The position numbers were made by a program, and so were the translations under genes. Source: Porphyridium purpureum (taxonomy: Eukaryota). Taken from it: a stretch of 64,000 nucleotides of DNA. A model generated the notes under the pieces. That model searched no databases. It saw only the letters and a list, made by a program, of their open reading frames with translations, and was not told the DNA's origin. Below are positions 12,530 to 25,900 of this stretch, piece after piece (the first letter of the stretch is position 1; each line of letters begins with the position of its first letter). The stretch is from NCBI GenBank assembly GCA_008690995.1, contig VRMN01000001.1:682001-746000 (forward strand). The letters run 5' to 3'.

Positions 12530-13065
12530 GGAATATTCGCGGCCAGCAAGAAAGAAGTTGCAGCTCTGTTTGTCTTCTGTGGCCCAGCTGTGGCAAACGC
12601 GAAACCCCAGGATTGCCTTTTTGTGGCGCCGACAACTTACCTGCGAAAGCCCAAAGAGTCAACCTGTTGTCCCTTCAAAGAGAAGGTCGTGAACGAGAAG
12701 AGAAGCGCAGAGCCTTCGGCAGTGAGCCGAATTGCCTGGTGTGTTCCAGATCGGCGGGTCCACGCAATGCCGCAGAGTCTGCGCGCTTCTTGTGGACACG
12801 CATGCGGCACCGAGCCAGACACGCGCACGCACGCGATTCGGAGGGACGTTTAAGAAGACAGTTTAAATATGGAGAAATTTAGACGCGTTTTTTAAGAAGG
12901 CCCGGCGCGGCACGAACGGGCAGCGCGAAGCGTACCGCAGACGGAGCGGCGCATTCAGCGTGGAGGTGTGTGTGGTTCTGGCGTGCGTGCGTGCGTTGTC
13001 GAGTGCCGCTGCATACTGCAGGGGGACTGGCCGCGTGCTGCACGCGCGCTCGCTTGAAACGAAAC

Positions 13066-15183
13066 ATGTCGCCAACAGGAGGCGCCGTTGCCGCGACAAA
13101 AGTGGGCAAGTTCGTGGTGGGTGACGTGCTGGGCGAAGGGAGTTACAGCGTCGTGAAGCGGTGTATTCATGAGGATACCAAGGAGCAGTACGCGCTTAAG
13201 ATTGTGTCGAAAGATAAGCTGCCCACCAGTAACCTCGAAAAGCAGGTGCGCAAAGAGGTCAAAATCATGCAGTACTTGCGCCACCCATGTGTGGTCACAG
13301 TGCACGATGTGCTCATGAGTGAACGCAATATGTACATAGTCATGGAACTAGTCAAAGGGAGAGAGCTGTTTGAGGAGCTTACCGCGCGCGGCCGCTTTGC
13401 AGAAAATGATGCGCGTAGAATTTTCCAACAGCTTGTGGATACGGTCCAGTACTGCCACCAGAAGGGTGTTTACCACCGCGACCTCAAGCCCGAAAATGTG
13501 CTCGTGGATGTGGTCACGTTAAATATCAAAGTGCTGGACTTTGGCATGGGTTGGATCAATGATCAGGAGCACAAGAATATGCTCGACGCAAAAAATATTA
13601 TGCACACGCAAGTCGGAACGCCTCAGTACATGGCGCCAGAACTACTGCGGCCTAGCGCTGAGGGTTATCGCGGCGACCAGGTCGACGTGTGGTCGCTTGG
13701 AATGATTTTGTACGTGTTACTTTCAGGAAGTTTACCATTTCCCGGCGAAGATATTGACACAGTCACGCGACTTGTGCACTCGCGCAAGAAGATGCGGTAC
13801 CCATCCTTTGTGAAAAAGCCAGCCAAGGATCTGCTGGACTGCATGTTGGAAAAGTCATCAGAAAAGCGTGCGACACTAGCCGAGGTGCGTAATCACCCGT
13901 GGTTCCTGATCAACTACGTGCCCGTGGTTCAGAAATCATACACTCCTCCTGCGCGGACCACTTCTTGGCAGCGGCGGGACGAAACAAAGAACAGCCTCCC
14001 GGTGCTCGATAGACCCGACTCTTCACTTGCTCTGCTGCGCCAAAGAAGTTCGGTCAGCAAGAAAAAACTGGGGAGGGTTTTCCGGGACATGATCGGCGAG
14101 GCGGAAGCTGCCACCACGGTGAAAAAGAATCAGTCAGGCAAGGGGCTCATCAGCAAGTCATCAAGCCGCACTTTCAAACACCAAAACTCGAGCAACCGGC
14201 GAATGAGCGTGGGCTCGAACGACGGGACGGACGGGAGTTCACGGCATGCGCACGGTTTATCGCCTCAGCCGCGGGTGGAACGCGAGCTGTCACGAAGTAG
14301 TAGGAGCAGTGCGGCGATGGTGAATCTCGAGCTAGCTGTCTACGAGGAAGACACGAACGGAATCGCGAACGACTTGGACATGCTGGATCTTGTGGATTCT
14401 GTCATCAGCGAGCAAGTGGTGGACGCGCCAGCCATCATTCCCAGGAACGACAGTCCACTTTCACCGCGGAAATACAGATTTGGAACCGTCGGTGGCAATG
14501 CAATGCGCAAATCCCACTCAAAAGGTCGGCCTGTGCGCAATCCCAGGCACAGCATCCGCCCGGCGGCTCCTTCAGCAAGTGGCCTTTCATCGGTTCCCAG
14601 TTTTCACCAGAATGGTACCGTGGCGGGTGGAAGCGCTGACTTGAGGGAGGAAGATGAGTCTGAAGAAATGTTTCTTTCTGAAGAAGCGTTTGAACGCGTC
14701 AAATCCTTCTTTGTCAAGGACACGAGCAAAATGTTCAATGAGCTAGTAAGCATGCGAGAAAAACGGGCATCACAAGATCAGTCGGGCAACGTAGACGACG
14801 ATGGCACCGAGGAAGCGCTTTTGCTACCGTCAGAGGTCGCAAAAATGAATGTATCGGAGAATAAGGAACGCAAGCACTTCCGGATTCTGAGTTCTCGCCG
14901 GCAGAGCAGCGTCAGCGTCAAAGACATGCGTAGTGTGCTCGAGTCCCGCTTACGATACAATAGCACCGATTCGCGAGTGACAGACGAGTCAAATAACTCG
15001 AATCATACATCCATGAATGGCATGACCTCGGTTCAGAGCCCGCGTGAACAAGCTTCCTCGTCAGAAAGTCGCGGAGTGCGCAGACTATCTAGTGCAGAGA
15101 AAGGATTCGACCTCAACGAGGTTGCTCAGGTCGCGGTGCAAAAAAAGAAAGACAGCGGTAGTCGCGCAGGCCAATCCAAGTAG
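13066..15183 (+). CDS. CAMK-group Ser/Thr kinase (SnRK/CIPK-like)
   Basis: LGEGSYSVV, YALK, YHRDLKPEN, DFG, GTPQYMAPE, DVWSLG; long low-complexity C-terminal tail. Confidence 0.93.
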   Translation: MSPTGGAVAATKVGKFVVGDVLGEGSYSVVKRCIHEDTKEQYALKIVSKDKLPTSNLEKQVRKEVKIMQYLRHPCVVTVHDVLMSERNMYIVMELVKGRELFEELTARGRFAENDARRIFQQLVDTVQYCHQKGVYHRDLKPENVLVDVVTLNIKVLDFGMGWINDQEHKNMLDAKNIMHTQVGTPQYMAPELLRPSAEGYRGDQVDVWSLGMILYVLLSGSLPFPGEDIDTVTRLVHSRKKMRYPSFVKKPAKDLLDCMLEKSSEKRATLAEVRNHPWFLINYVPVVQKSYTPPARTTSWQRRDETKNSLPVLDRPDSSLALLRQRSSVSKKKLGRVFRDMIGEAEAATTVKKNQSGKGLISKSSSRTFKHQNSSNRRMSVGSNDGTDGSSRHAHGLSPQPRVERELSRSSRSSAAMVNLELAVYEEDTNGIANDLDMLDLVDSVISEQVVDAPAIIPRNDSPLSPRKYRFGTVGGNAMRKSHSKGRPVRNPRHSIRPAAPSASGLSSVPSFHQNGTVAGGSADLREEDESEEMFLSEEAFERVKSFFVKDTSKMFNELVSMREKRASQDQSGNVDDDGTEEALLLPSEVAKMNVSENKERKHFRILSSRRQSSVSVKDMRSVLESRLRYNSTDSRVTDESNNSNHTSMNGMTSVQSPREQASSSESRGVRRLSSAEKGFDLNEVAQVAVQKKKDSGSRAGQSK

Positions 15184-15737
15184 CCGGGGCCGAGCTCATA
15201 TCGAACAAACCGTTGGAATCTCTGAGCGATTGATGTCCTTCTGGACGAGATCCTGGGCTGTTTTGTGTGTCATCGTTCTGATATGATGAGTTGGAAACCC
15301 GAGTCCTTAGGAGAGCAATGAGGCCACGTCCCCCGCCGCCTGGCAACGGGAGTTCTCATGCACGGGATGGCGTACGGAGCGCCATTGTACAAAGAAAAAA
15401 AAAGGAAAAAAACGAAAAAAGGGCTGATCGCAGCGAATGCATCGTCAAGTGTGAAATACTAATGTGCCTTCTCCCGAAGTCTACACCTTTACTTAGCGCC
15501 CATGCTTCGCCATATCACAGATTTAAGCCAAGGGTTGATCGACTGCCTCGTTTCTAACAAAGGACCTGGAAGGAGCATGAAAAGTGTGCGAGTTTGCACA
15601 ATTGGAACAGCCTCCTCGCATCCCGCAGCAGGGACGCCGAGCTCCACTCACCTACGCGAGTGTGGCTCATCGATGCCAGCGAGACAGAGAACAAATCAGA
15701 CTCAGTGAGAGTGCGAAAGGACTTGAGCATGCTTCGA

Positions 15738-16436
<699 letters not shown>

Positions 16437-17270
16437 TCACTCCAGCACGAGCACGCCGCGTGTCGCGTTTATCCCACTTGCTAATTTCCTCACCTGCGAA
16501 CGCAACCCAAGTAACAAAACCCAACGCGCTCAATTACTTCGAGCGTCTACCCAGGCGGCACGCGCTTGCTGCCGCAGAATCCGCCACGCGTTTCACAAGC
16601 TCTCCCCTTTGTCTCCTTGTCACCAGCTGCATATATCGCCCTTCTCTTCCTCGGCCAGAAGCACAGTGACGAACGCGGACATAAGACAACAGCGCGTGCG
16701 GTGCTGGTTGAACAGCCGATTCTGCACCGCGCTGATCAACAGCGCGCATTCCCACGATGATAAGGGGCAATGAACCGATAAGCCGTGAAACCGAACCGCT
16801 CTTCATGTGTCTTGCAGGTCATTCGGTGTCACATCGAGTTTTATGAGGAGGAATAAACGTGGACGGAAGTACAGTTCGACAAAAGCGTCAAGCGCGTGTG
16901 ATCGATTGGCGTGATTTACCAAAAAGTGTGGGAAGTACTGTAATTTGGGGAGAAGAGGGGGCTGATGATGGCGTGCGGTTGGTGTGTGGCGAGGACGGGA
17001 TGGGTAGGATGCATGTCAGGAGACTTGATCCGCATCTGCTCCATTGTGGAGAAGAACCGGACTGGTAAGTTTGCGTCACAGAGTGCGACGAGAAGTGTCA
17101 TGCGGGTTGAGATGTCGTTCAGGGAAGCGTATGAGGAGAACTACACATAGAGAGATCCCTGGAAGATAAGCGCAACGGCGTGCCGCGCGGTCTCGTGTGA
17201 CGCTTCGTCGTGCACGGTCTACATAGTGACGATGACTGGAGTGGCTTGGAAAAGCTGATACCGCCAATCG

Positions 17271-18035
17271 GTGTTGTACTCTCCGCGTAAATCTGCTTTG
17301 CTAGCTCCTTGGTCTTGCAACGAGCGACACCGCCACCGTCCGGAAGTGCCCAAGCCCGCACTGGACATGCTCAACCGCAAAGAGCTTTTCGAGCCCGAGA
17401 CCAGAGTTTTTCACTTGCTCAACTACCAAAACGGTCTTCACTTTTTGCATTCTGCTCGTCCGCGTTCCGAACAGTGGCCAGCGCGTTCGCGCTGCGCCAG
17501 GATATCAGAAAAGCAGCCCATACCCATGACCTACCTTGAGATCGCACGGTCTACCACATGGCGCAATGTGCGCTTCGAGCGCAGCATCCGTGGCGACGAG
17601 CGCGTTCCAGAAAGTACCGCTTTATCCACTGGCCGCCGGCGAGAAGTTTCTGCAAACAGCGCATTGGCCGCCCGCCAATTTGGTTCGTGCCACCGTTGCT
17701 CCGAAGAACGGCTGTCGCCCCGACTGGCCTTGAGCAACCTGCAGAACTTCTAGGCGACCCCAAAGCTGTCAGACTTGCCCTCAAACGCTCACGACACGCG
17801 CAGCTCAGCAGGTCTGAACATTCACCAGTGCGTGACAGCCGGTGAATTTGTATTGCTCCACAGTCGCGAACGGGGCATGCGGAACGGAAGCCTCGCGTGC
17901 AACGAGCAAAGCATCAAGGGCTACGCCGCTCGATGTGAATGCCCTAGTCGCTATCTGGTCGGAGCCCGTTTCCCGGTGCAATCTGAGGAGCCCAAGGCCT
18001 GGCACATGTACGCCTTCAACTTTCTCCGGAACTGA
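17271..18035 (+). pseudogene. Possible degraded or fragmented coding sequence (SGNH/PC-esterase-like?)
   Basis: Protein-like fragments (LLNYQNGLHFLH, TTWRN, ending AFNFLRN*) split by stops and frame changes inside an otherwise gene-free 2.5 kb. Confidence 0.2.
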
Positions 18036-19032
18036 ACCATTTTGCTCGGCGGCAATAGTACGGCACCTTTTGTCCCAGTTGCGCGGAAGTTAAAATCTGA
18101 ACCTAGACGAATTGAATGCTCGAACTCCGCATTTGCTGTTCTTATGACAGAGTGCGAGTTTCTCACAACAACATTCGTTGCGTTGCTGCGTGTCTGCCGC
18201 GAGTGGCTGCTCTTTGCTCGCCATGCGGTCGACCGACCCGGGTTGGCAAGCCAGAGCCGCGCCAGGCGGGGAGACTACATTCGATAGTTGGGACCAGCAC
18301 ATTCATTGGAGTACACGTGCACCTCACTCTCTTTTGCCATGTATCACAATGCAAGAACTCCGAACACGTGCACAATCGCATGCGTAGAGCTCCTCACGAG
18401 CACCTGTGCCACGGCGACCTCGCGTGGCACTGGACAACTCGATTTCAGCCCAAGCGCCCTGTACTGATACGCTGTTCACTGCACGAACCCGGCACCGGAA
18501 TCACTGGCGCAACCTGCTCAGCAAATCGCGGCGGCACGGATCTGCACCCTAGCATCCAGCACATGTGCATTTGTCAGTTTTCGTGTACAAGCTGATGTTC
18601 TTCTCTCGCGTATCGCACGGCGGGTGCACACTTTGCCGAGCACTTCGCGCTTCTTGAGCATCGTACGCAAGCATGCAGACAGGCATGTCTGATGTCGCTG
18701 CAATGGCGGCATCCGGGCGCCAAAATGCGTCGAGGCCAGCCAAGCGCAGTTCAAGTCGTAAGCTTAGCGTGTCGCGGCCTGCGTAGCCATCGTGGTCAAC
18801 CCGTCGGTTCCGCCAGACGTGCAACGAAGCTAGCTGCTCAAGTGCTCGCGCAAGATGGTTGTGCCACACATGCCATCGACCGCAAGAAGGTACGCTGTGT
18901 CTGGACTGTACCCACAATGTACAGTGATGACTGTCTCCAGGTCGTCAGCAAGCGTTGGTTGATGACGCTGAGCTGGTGCGGACTCTGACAAACGCGAACA
19001 ATCGAGACTGCGCGCCGGATCGTTGTGCCGCC

Positions 19033-20364
19033 ATGGAGCGCGGTACGCTGCGGCAGCGGTCTGCTCGTGTGTGCCAGGGGTGGGTAGTGTATCCGTGGTG
19101 CGGACGACACGGCGTCCGAGTCGCGCAACAAAGTGTATCAAACCGTCTGTGCGTATGGCGTGTGCCCAAGGCGGCTCATCGCACGTGCGTTAAGAGGGCC
19201 AGCTTATGCATGACGTCGTCGACGGCGGGGACGCCCGCTGGGAATGGGAAACCCAGCTCGTCTCCGGCACGAACGATGGTTGGCGGGATTGGCGTGGTGC
19301 CGCTGGGCGCGAATTCAAGGAAGCTAAAAATGCGCCGAGAGGCAATGACGGTACCGGCAGATTACTCGATCCAAGAATGCGTCGACTTTTTGCGATCAAT
19401 GCGAGATTCAGATATTCACGACCAGACCGTTTCAGACTCAGAGTCGTCCGTGCCCGTCAAGGCCGGAATTTGGAGCGAGCCACTCGCCAACTTGTACGTG
19501 CTGGAAAGCAGTAGCGGCTCTTTACTGGGTTATGTACATATCGAGGACCTCTTACTAGCGAAAGACCGTTCAAGAGCAATGGTAACAATGCTGCGCCCAT
19601 GCCAGCTGTTACTGCAGGAGGTTGACAGTCTGGAATCTGCAGCGCGCAAAATGCGTTCAAGTAATGTCACGATTGCGCCTGTGGTGGACGACGAAAACCG
19701 CATCATTGGTGTTCTGACCGCAGATGATCTCGTGCAAGAAATGGAGCTCGAAGCCTCTGAGGAATTTTACAGATTCGGTGGTGTAAGTTCCGGGCTTGAC
19801 CAGGATACTGGATCGGAGGCGTACCTGGACGTGCCCGTCTTGACTTTTGTGAAAAAGCGAACAATGTGGTTGTGTGGACTGCTGCTGTTACAATCTTTAT
19901 CCAGCGTTGTTCTTCGGAATTACCAGCCGCTGATCGAGGCAAACGTTATATTAGCCATTTTTCTTACAACAGTGTCCGGTACAGGCGGAAATGCAGGTAA
20001 TCAAAGCTCAGCGCTGATCATCAGAGGTCTCGCGACGGGCGAAATCACGCGAGATATGGGAAAGTCGGTGCTTCTGCGAGAAGTTCTGGTCGGGTTTTTG
20101 ATGAGCGCGGTGCTTGGGCTCGTCGCCTTCATGCGGGTATTTTTTACCTCGGGAATGACCCTCCAGGCGTTAGGCTCGGCCTTGACGATCAGCTTTGCGC
20201 TGATGATCACGGTTGTTTTTTCGACATTTTTCGGCTCAGCCATGCCCCTGCTATTTGAGCGCATCGGGGTAGATCCGGCTTGGGCTGGCTCGGTATGTAG
20301 CGTTTGCGTAGATATCGCAGGTGCCCTTATACTGTGCCAAACGGCTGCTGCCATGCTGCGGTAA
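19033..20364 (+). CDS. mgtE: MgtE-family Mg2+ transporter (CBS pair plus MgtE membrane domain) with transit peptide
   Basis: APVVDDENRIIGVLTADDL, SGTGGNAGNQSSALIIRGLATGEI, GVDPA, VDIAG. Start codon uncertain. Confidence 0.92.
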   Translation: MERGTLRQRSARVCQGWVVYPWCGRHGVRVAQQSVSNRLCVWRVPKAAHRTCVKRASLCMTSSTAGTPAGNGKPSSSPARTMVGGIGVVPLGANSRKLKMRREAMTVPADYSIQECVDFLRSMRDSDIHDQTVSDSESSVPVKAGIWSEPLANLYVLESSSGSLLGYVHIEDLLLAKDRSRAMVTMLRPCQLLLQEVDSLESAARKMRSSNVTIAPVVDDENRIIGVLTADDLVQEMELEASEEFYRFGGVSSGLDQDTGSEAYLDVPVLTFVKKRTMWLCGLLLLQSLSSVVLRNYQPLIEANVILAIFLTTVSGTGGNAGNQSSALIIRGLATGEITRDMGKSVLLREVLVGFLMSAVLGLVAFMRVFFTSGMTLQALGSALTISFALMITVVFSTFFGSAMPLLFERIGVDPAWAGSVCSVCVDIAGALILCQTAAAMLR

Positions 20365-20976
20365 GCGTTGACCCATAATAGAACAGAAACCGGCACGATC
20401 GGGGGATCGACACACGCCATCGAAACGTACACGAATAATTTAAGGATATTAGGATTTTCCGTGCTAAGCGTTTCCGGGTCTTCGAGCCAATCTACACTCT
20501 AGTCACCATCAGCACCGTTCACATGATTTTCTTCTCCATCACTTGGCGCATACATTCCTTCATCCATGGCTGATGTGCACAGACAATGATCTCTGCAGCA
20601 GGGACTGCGTCCTTGCGCGAAAGGCCCATAAGTAACATAAAGTGTAAACGCTGAGCCGCATCTTGTTTGCACAAATGGACATAGCAGTGGTCCTTCAGGC
20701 CGCTCAACTCGTTCTGGCCCGAAGGAAAGCACGTGATGCTGACATTGCGATCATGTAGATAGAGTACGAAACTAAACAGTCGCTTTTCGATCTGCACTTC
20801 TGATGAAGCCGCTGACGAGATGCAAATATACTTTGAACGACGCACGAGCGCCTGCTCAATACACAGACGACGTCACTCCTCGAGCAGTGCTTCCACCTGA
20901 AGCCAAAACGCGACGATCGCGAGGAAACACAAACGGCGTCCTGCGCCAACACACGCACCCCACCAGCACGCCGGCA

Positions 20977-21147
20977 CTACCGCAGCTTCTGCTCCACAAA
21001 GAGCACGTGCTTATTGACAATCGGGTCGTGCTTCATGAGCTTGAGTTTCTGCGGCACATTCTTCGGGTTTCTGCGCGCCACGTACGAGTACCCCGTGCCT
21101 GCCAAACTCACGAGTTTCACGAGAAACGTCTTTCGCTTCGGCGCCAT
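20977..21147 (-). CDS. rpl33: Mitochondrial-type ribosomal protein bL33
   Basis: LVKLVSLAGTGYSY...KLKLMKHDPIVNKHVLFVE; 56 aa. Confidence 0.93.
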   Translation of the reverse strand: MAPKRKTFLVKLVSLAGTGYSYVARRNPKNVPQKLKLMKHDPIVNKHVLFVEQKLR

Positions 21148-21518
21148 TCTTGTCCCCGCACTCCCCGCTCGCTTCCCTGCGACCCCACTGCCGCGCAACC
21201 CAAGCGCCCGTGCCACACTTTTGATGTCACGCTTCAGTCGTTCTTGCCAAAGCCTTTTCTCGTCTTGTCGAGACAAAAAGACCTTGACGATTAAACCCTC
21301 AATCTAACCGTACCCATTTACAACGTGGGTTAGCATCAGGGTCGAGACGCCGACGGGTCCTCTAAGAAGAGATGGCGGGAAAATGAGACAATGAGGTCTT
21401 TTTATTATGAAGAGCTATGAGAACTGCAGAAGTAAAGTCTTTGTGGGCAAGCGGGTTGGCGGCGGGAGACGGTGGTAAGGAAGAGAGTAAGGTTAGCGCG
21501 TCAGGAGCAGGAGAAAAG

Positions 21519-22346
21519 ATGGCAGACGCAAAGCCAAGCGAGGGCGCCGCGGGTACGCGCGGCGATTTTCCAGGTGGATTCGGTGGCGCGCCACGGCGCG
21601 AGGGAGGCGCCCCTCGCGGTGACCGCGAACGCCGTGATCGCAAGCCGCGACAGGGCGCTCGTGGCGCCGATGAGGCAAAGGAGTGGGTGCCATGCACCAA
21701 GCTGGGTCGCTTGGTAAAGGATGGCAAGATTGCCTCGCTGGAGCACATCTTTCTGTTCTCCATCCCGATTAAGGAGTCGCAGATTGTGGACCACTTTTTG
21801 GGCAAGTCCCTGCAGGACGAGGTGCTCAAGATCATGCCGGTGCAGAAGCAGACGCGCGCTGGTCAGCGCACGCGTTTCAAGGCGTTCGTCGTGGTAGGTG
21901 ATTCGAACGGTCATGTTGGCCTCGGTGTTAAGTCAGCCAAGGAAGTCGCGACCGCCATCCGCGGAGCAATTATTGCAGCGAAGCTTGAAATTGTACCGGT
22001 GCGACGTGGCTTCTGGGGAAACAAGCTTGGAAATCCGCACACGGTACCATGCAAGGTCACCGGGAAGTGCGGGTCTGTTTCGCTTCGTCTGATTCCGGCG
22101 CCGCGTGGAACAGGCATTGTAGCTGCCCGTGTACCCAAGAAACTGCTCCAGATGGCTGGATATGAAGATTGCTTCACCAGCTCGGACGGACACGCTCGAA
22201 CGCTGGGTAACTTTGCGTTCGCGACTTTCCACGCCATTGCCGCGACGTACGGCTTCCTGACTCCGGATCTCTGGAAGGAGACCAAGTTTAGCCAGAATCC
22301 GTTCCAACTGTATTCAGAGTATCTTGCTTATCCAAAGAAGCACTGA
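21519..22346 (+). CDS. RPS2: 40S ribosomal protein S2 (uS5)
   Basis: [40 protein letters not shown]. Confidence 0.98.
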   Translation: MADAKPSEGAAGTRGDFPGGFGGAPRREGGAPRGDRERRDRKPRQGARGADEAKEWVPCTKLGRLVKDGKIASLEHIFLFSIPIKESQIVDHFLGKSLQDEVLKIMPVQKQTRAGQRTRFKAFVVVGDSNGHVGLGVKSAKEVATAIRGAIIAAKLEIVPVRRGFWGNKLGNPHTVPCKVTGKCGSVSLRLIPAPRGTGIVAARVPKKLLQMAGYEDCFTSSDGHARTLGNFAFATFHAIAATYGFLTPDLWKETKFSQNPFQLYSEYLAYPKKH

Positions 22347-22475
22347 GCTGGTGTGTCAGTTAAAGAATTTTCGCACGGCCATCCAATTGTCATTCTCTTC
22401 GTTACAATCCGAGTGTGCGTGCACTTTCGAGCATAATAAGAGAAACCCGTGTCTTCCAGGATGCGCCCAGTGAGC

Positions 22476-22511
22476 AAAGAGAGAGAAAGAGAGAGAGAGA
22501 GTGAGAGAGAG
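22476..22511. repeat. Imperfect (GA)n microsatellite
   Basis: GA-rich run read directly. Confidence 0.8.
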
Positions 22512-22930
22512 GAGATGCGGACGAGGAGAAGACAGTGCGCTTCTGCACCTGATCATCTGCTTGCCATCTCATTGGCGGACGAAAAGTCACTGGGTGTCTC
22601 GCTCGCATGCGCCACCCGAGTCTGTCCGCGCGCGCTGTACTCATGGAGCGTGACAAGGTACAGTCAACTGACCCGAGCTGACATTGAAATTCGATTCGTC
22701 ATCAGAATTCGCGCCGCCGAAATGCCAGGGCTCCCGCAGCCAGTCATCCACCCATTCGTGCATGCCATCGGACACTTGATCGGGCGGTACGTTAATTGGC
22801 GTGTTGATGACACGGACCTGTCCGCGCCACACAGAAGCGCGCCCACGGCGCGAACGCGCAGCCTTCACTAGGCCGTGCTCTGCATGAGCGCGTGCGCTTT
22901 TTGACGGCTCCCAGCGAGAGTCCAGCAGCC

Positions 22931-25900
22931 ATGCCGTACGCATTCGTACATCCAGGCTACGTGCTGTGTTGTCCGGCGCGCGCGACTCTGGATTGGCCGT
23001 GCACCGGGCCGCGGCACGCAGCTATCGGCAGGATAGGACGGTCTCCGTGCGATGGGCAGGGCTCGGCGTCTACGCGGCCTCGAGGCCGCCAAAGACGCGC
23101 GCGCTCGTCCGTTGTCTTTTGTCTGGCGGTACGATGCGGTGACTTTCAGAGCGGCGAGTTGCGTCCTCTTTGCGTCGCGTTCTCGCAATCGCCGAGCGAG
23201 GTAAGACATCCACGTCGGCATGGAGGGCGGCGGCGGCGGCGGCCCTGCGACGAACGGAGAAGACAGGGCACAGTGGGGTGCACATCCGCAGCGCCGGTCC
23301 ACAATCATTCTTTTGTGTCCCGAACGCGAGAGCAGCTCGCCTCGGCACTCGGTGTGGTGGTACTGGCATTCTCATTGGTCTTACCGTTGTCCGCTCCAGC
23401 GAATGCGTCGCCTGCTCGACAAACTGATCTTTCTCCAGTCCAATCGCGTTCGTGCGCAGACTCTTCGCGCCATACAGCGTGGCGTGATTCAAAGGCGTCC
23501 AGAAGAGGCAGACGGTCGGTCATCGCACATGTAGCGCGCTGGAAAGCATTGGGCGCTCAGGAAGCCATGGGAGTAGAATTGAAAGGAAGCGAAGATACAG
23601 GCAACTGGGGATCACTCATGACCAAATACCAGATACCATCAGGTGGCGGACTGTGGAACACTCCAAGTGCGAGAGGAGCGACACTTCAAAACACCGACAC
23701 TTCAGAAGCGGCCAGCTTGGGTTTGTTTGAGCGTGTGCGGTACAAGCTGGACTTGTGGCTGGAATGTGATCGCCGCGCATATCTTGTGTTGCTCGCGATA
23801 TTTACAGTGACATGGGTGTTCATCGCAGCCTTCATCTGGTGGTTGATCGCGCGCATCATGCCCCGCCTGATGTATAAAAGCCGTCAGTCCGAAAGCGCAG
23901 CCGGGATCACAAAGCCGGTTGAAATGCCTTTCCATGAAGCCATCTGGAAAGCGTGGAGCTGCTTGGCGTCTGCAAGCACGCACACTAAGGAGAAGACTGC
24001 GCTCAACCGGTTTGTCGCTTTGTTGCTGACACTGTCTGGGCTGGCGAGTTACTCCATCATGACTGCCAGCATTTCGGCGTCCATGAAGGAACGCTTTGAG
24101 GTGCTGCGACATGGTCAGCTTGCGCATCCCGTGCTCGAATCTGGCCACGTGCTGGTCGTTGGATCCAATTCGCACTTGGTCCCGTTGTTACGAGAACTAG
24201 ATGACTCACATTCGTTTGCCCTGCGTGAGCGACGAGTAACATCGAAGAAGCTCAAGGTCGTCCTTCTATCTGACACGCTATCTCCTGTTCGCAAGGCGAT
24301 GCTTACGAGAATTCGGACAGCGATGCAGGCGGGACAATTGCCACGGCTTCTGGTGCTCACCCGGCGGGGGCCGACCAACGACGCCGAGACTTTTCGATTA
24401 GTGAGCGCGGACAAGGCGAAGCAAGTCATCATACTGTCAGATGATGAGCAAGCTCAGGTTTCGCCAGACTCCAAGGCGCTGCGAAGCGTGCTTGCCCTGC
24501 AGAACGCCACGCGCACGGGAGAAGTGATTGTGGAAGTGTCCAAGGCTTCTACCGCAGGATTACTGAAATCACTCGCATCGCACAACGGCATCGACATGCC
24601 TCTTTGGGTAGATAACCGGAGTGCTCACCCGAGTGGTCTACAGGTCACGCCAGTGGTTCAGAACGTGGCTGCCAAAGTGTTTGTGCGCTCAGCTCGCAAG
24701 CGCTCATTGTCTGCAATCTATGCGGAATTGCTTTCACACAAGGGTACGGTCATAAACGTCCGCGAGTTCCCGACCCTGGCCGGCTTATACTACAAGGACC
24801 TGTTCGAGCAGTTTCCGTCGGCCGTCGTTCTTGGCCTCATCAAGTCCGGGGGGAGAGTTACGTTCAATCCCAAAGGTCGCTACGTCATCCAGAGCAATGA
24901 TCGGATCATGCTCCTGGGCAAAAAGCGATGCAACTTGGTTCCTCCGCCGGCTCTTGAAATATTAGCTCAGAATCGTCGTATTGAACGCGCTGCTCTTGTG
25001 GAAGCGACCACACTGAAAGAGGCCGTCGCGAATGGCAACGGTGCAAATCAGATGAATGTCTCCTCGCTGAAGACATGGAAGGAGCCAAATGGCACTGGCA
25101 ATGGTAACGGGTCTCGAGCAACAGCGCCCCTTTCGAGCAGCGTTCACTCGCGCTCCAAGCCGAGCGCTCCGCGACTCAAGAAAGACGGTAGCGACCGCGA
25201 AGTCTTTCTGTGGGAGACGGCGAGGAGCGACCCCACAAAACAGCCCAGTGAATTTGTACTCATGTCTGGATGGAACGAAGAGGCTGCAGATGTGCTCATA
25301 GAACTGGATCAGTATGTGGGACTACACTCGTCTGTAGTTGTTGTTAGCAAGGTGCCGATTGCGGAGCGCGAGCATGTGATCACGCGCAAGCTGCGTCGCG
25401 AATCGCGCCATGCGCGGCTGAAAAATCTGCGCGTGCATCACGTGTACGGGAACCCGCTGAGCCGCACCGACCTGTGGGAAGCTGTAAACGTGTCCGACAG
25501 CAAGCGCAAGTCATTGAGCTCGATTATGGTAATGCCGGAAAGTGGTTGGCGAAGTCTCCCGGGCGACTCTGATGACCACTGTGTGATGGCCGCGCTGCTC
25601 GCGGAGCACGTTTTTGAAGACGCCGGGCTAAGCGCAAGATCGATCACTGCATTGCTTGAGGATGGGCGCCTGTGCAGCCAGCTGAAGCGTGCGCACCCAA
25701 AAATTTGCTTTGTGAGCGTTTCGGAGCTCATGGGTCTGTATACAGCCCAGTGCAGCGAGCACAGCGAAATGGGCTGGATCTGGAGCGACATTTTCACTTC
25801 GGACGGCTGGGAAATCAGCCTCAAGTCGCCCAAGTCGTACCCTGCGTTTTCGGCGACCACGTCGCGGACCATAAGCGCCATGCGTAAAATGGCGCGCAAG

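Noticed and set aside
20521..20805. Possible C/D-box snoRNAs (TGAT...CTGA pairs)
   Set aside because: The C boxes deviate from RTGATGA and I could not identify an rRNA-complementary guide.
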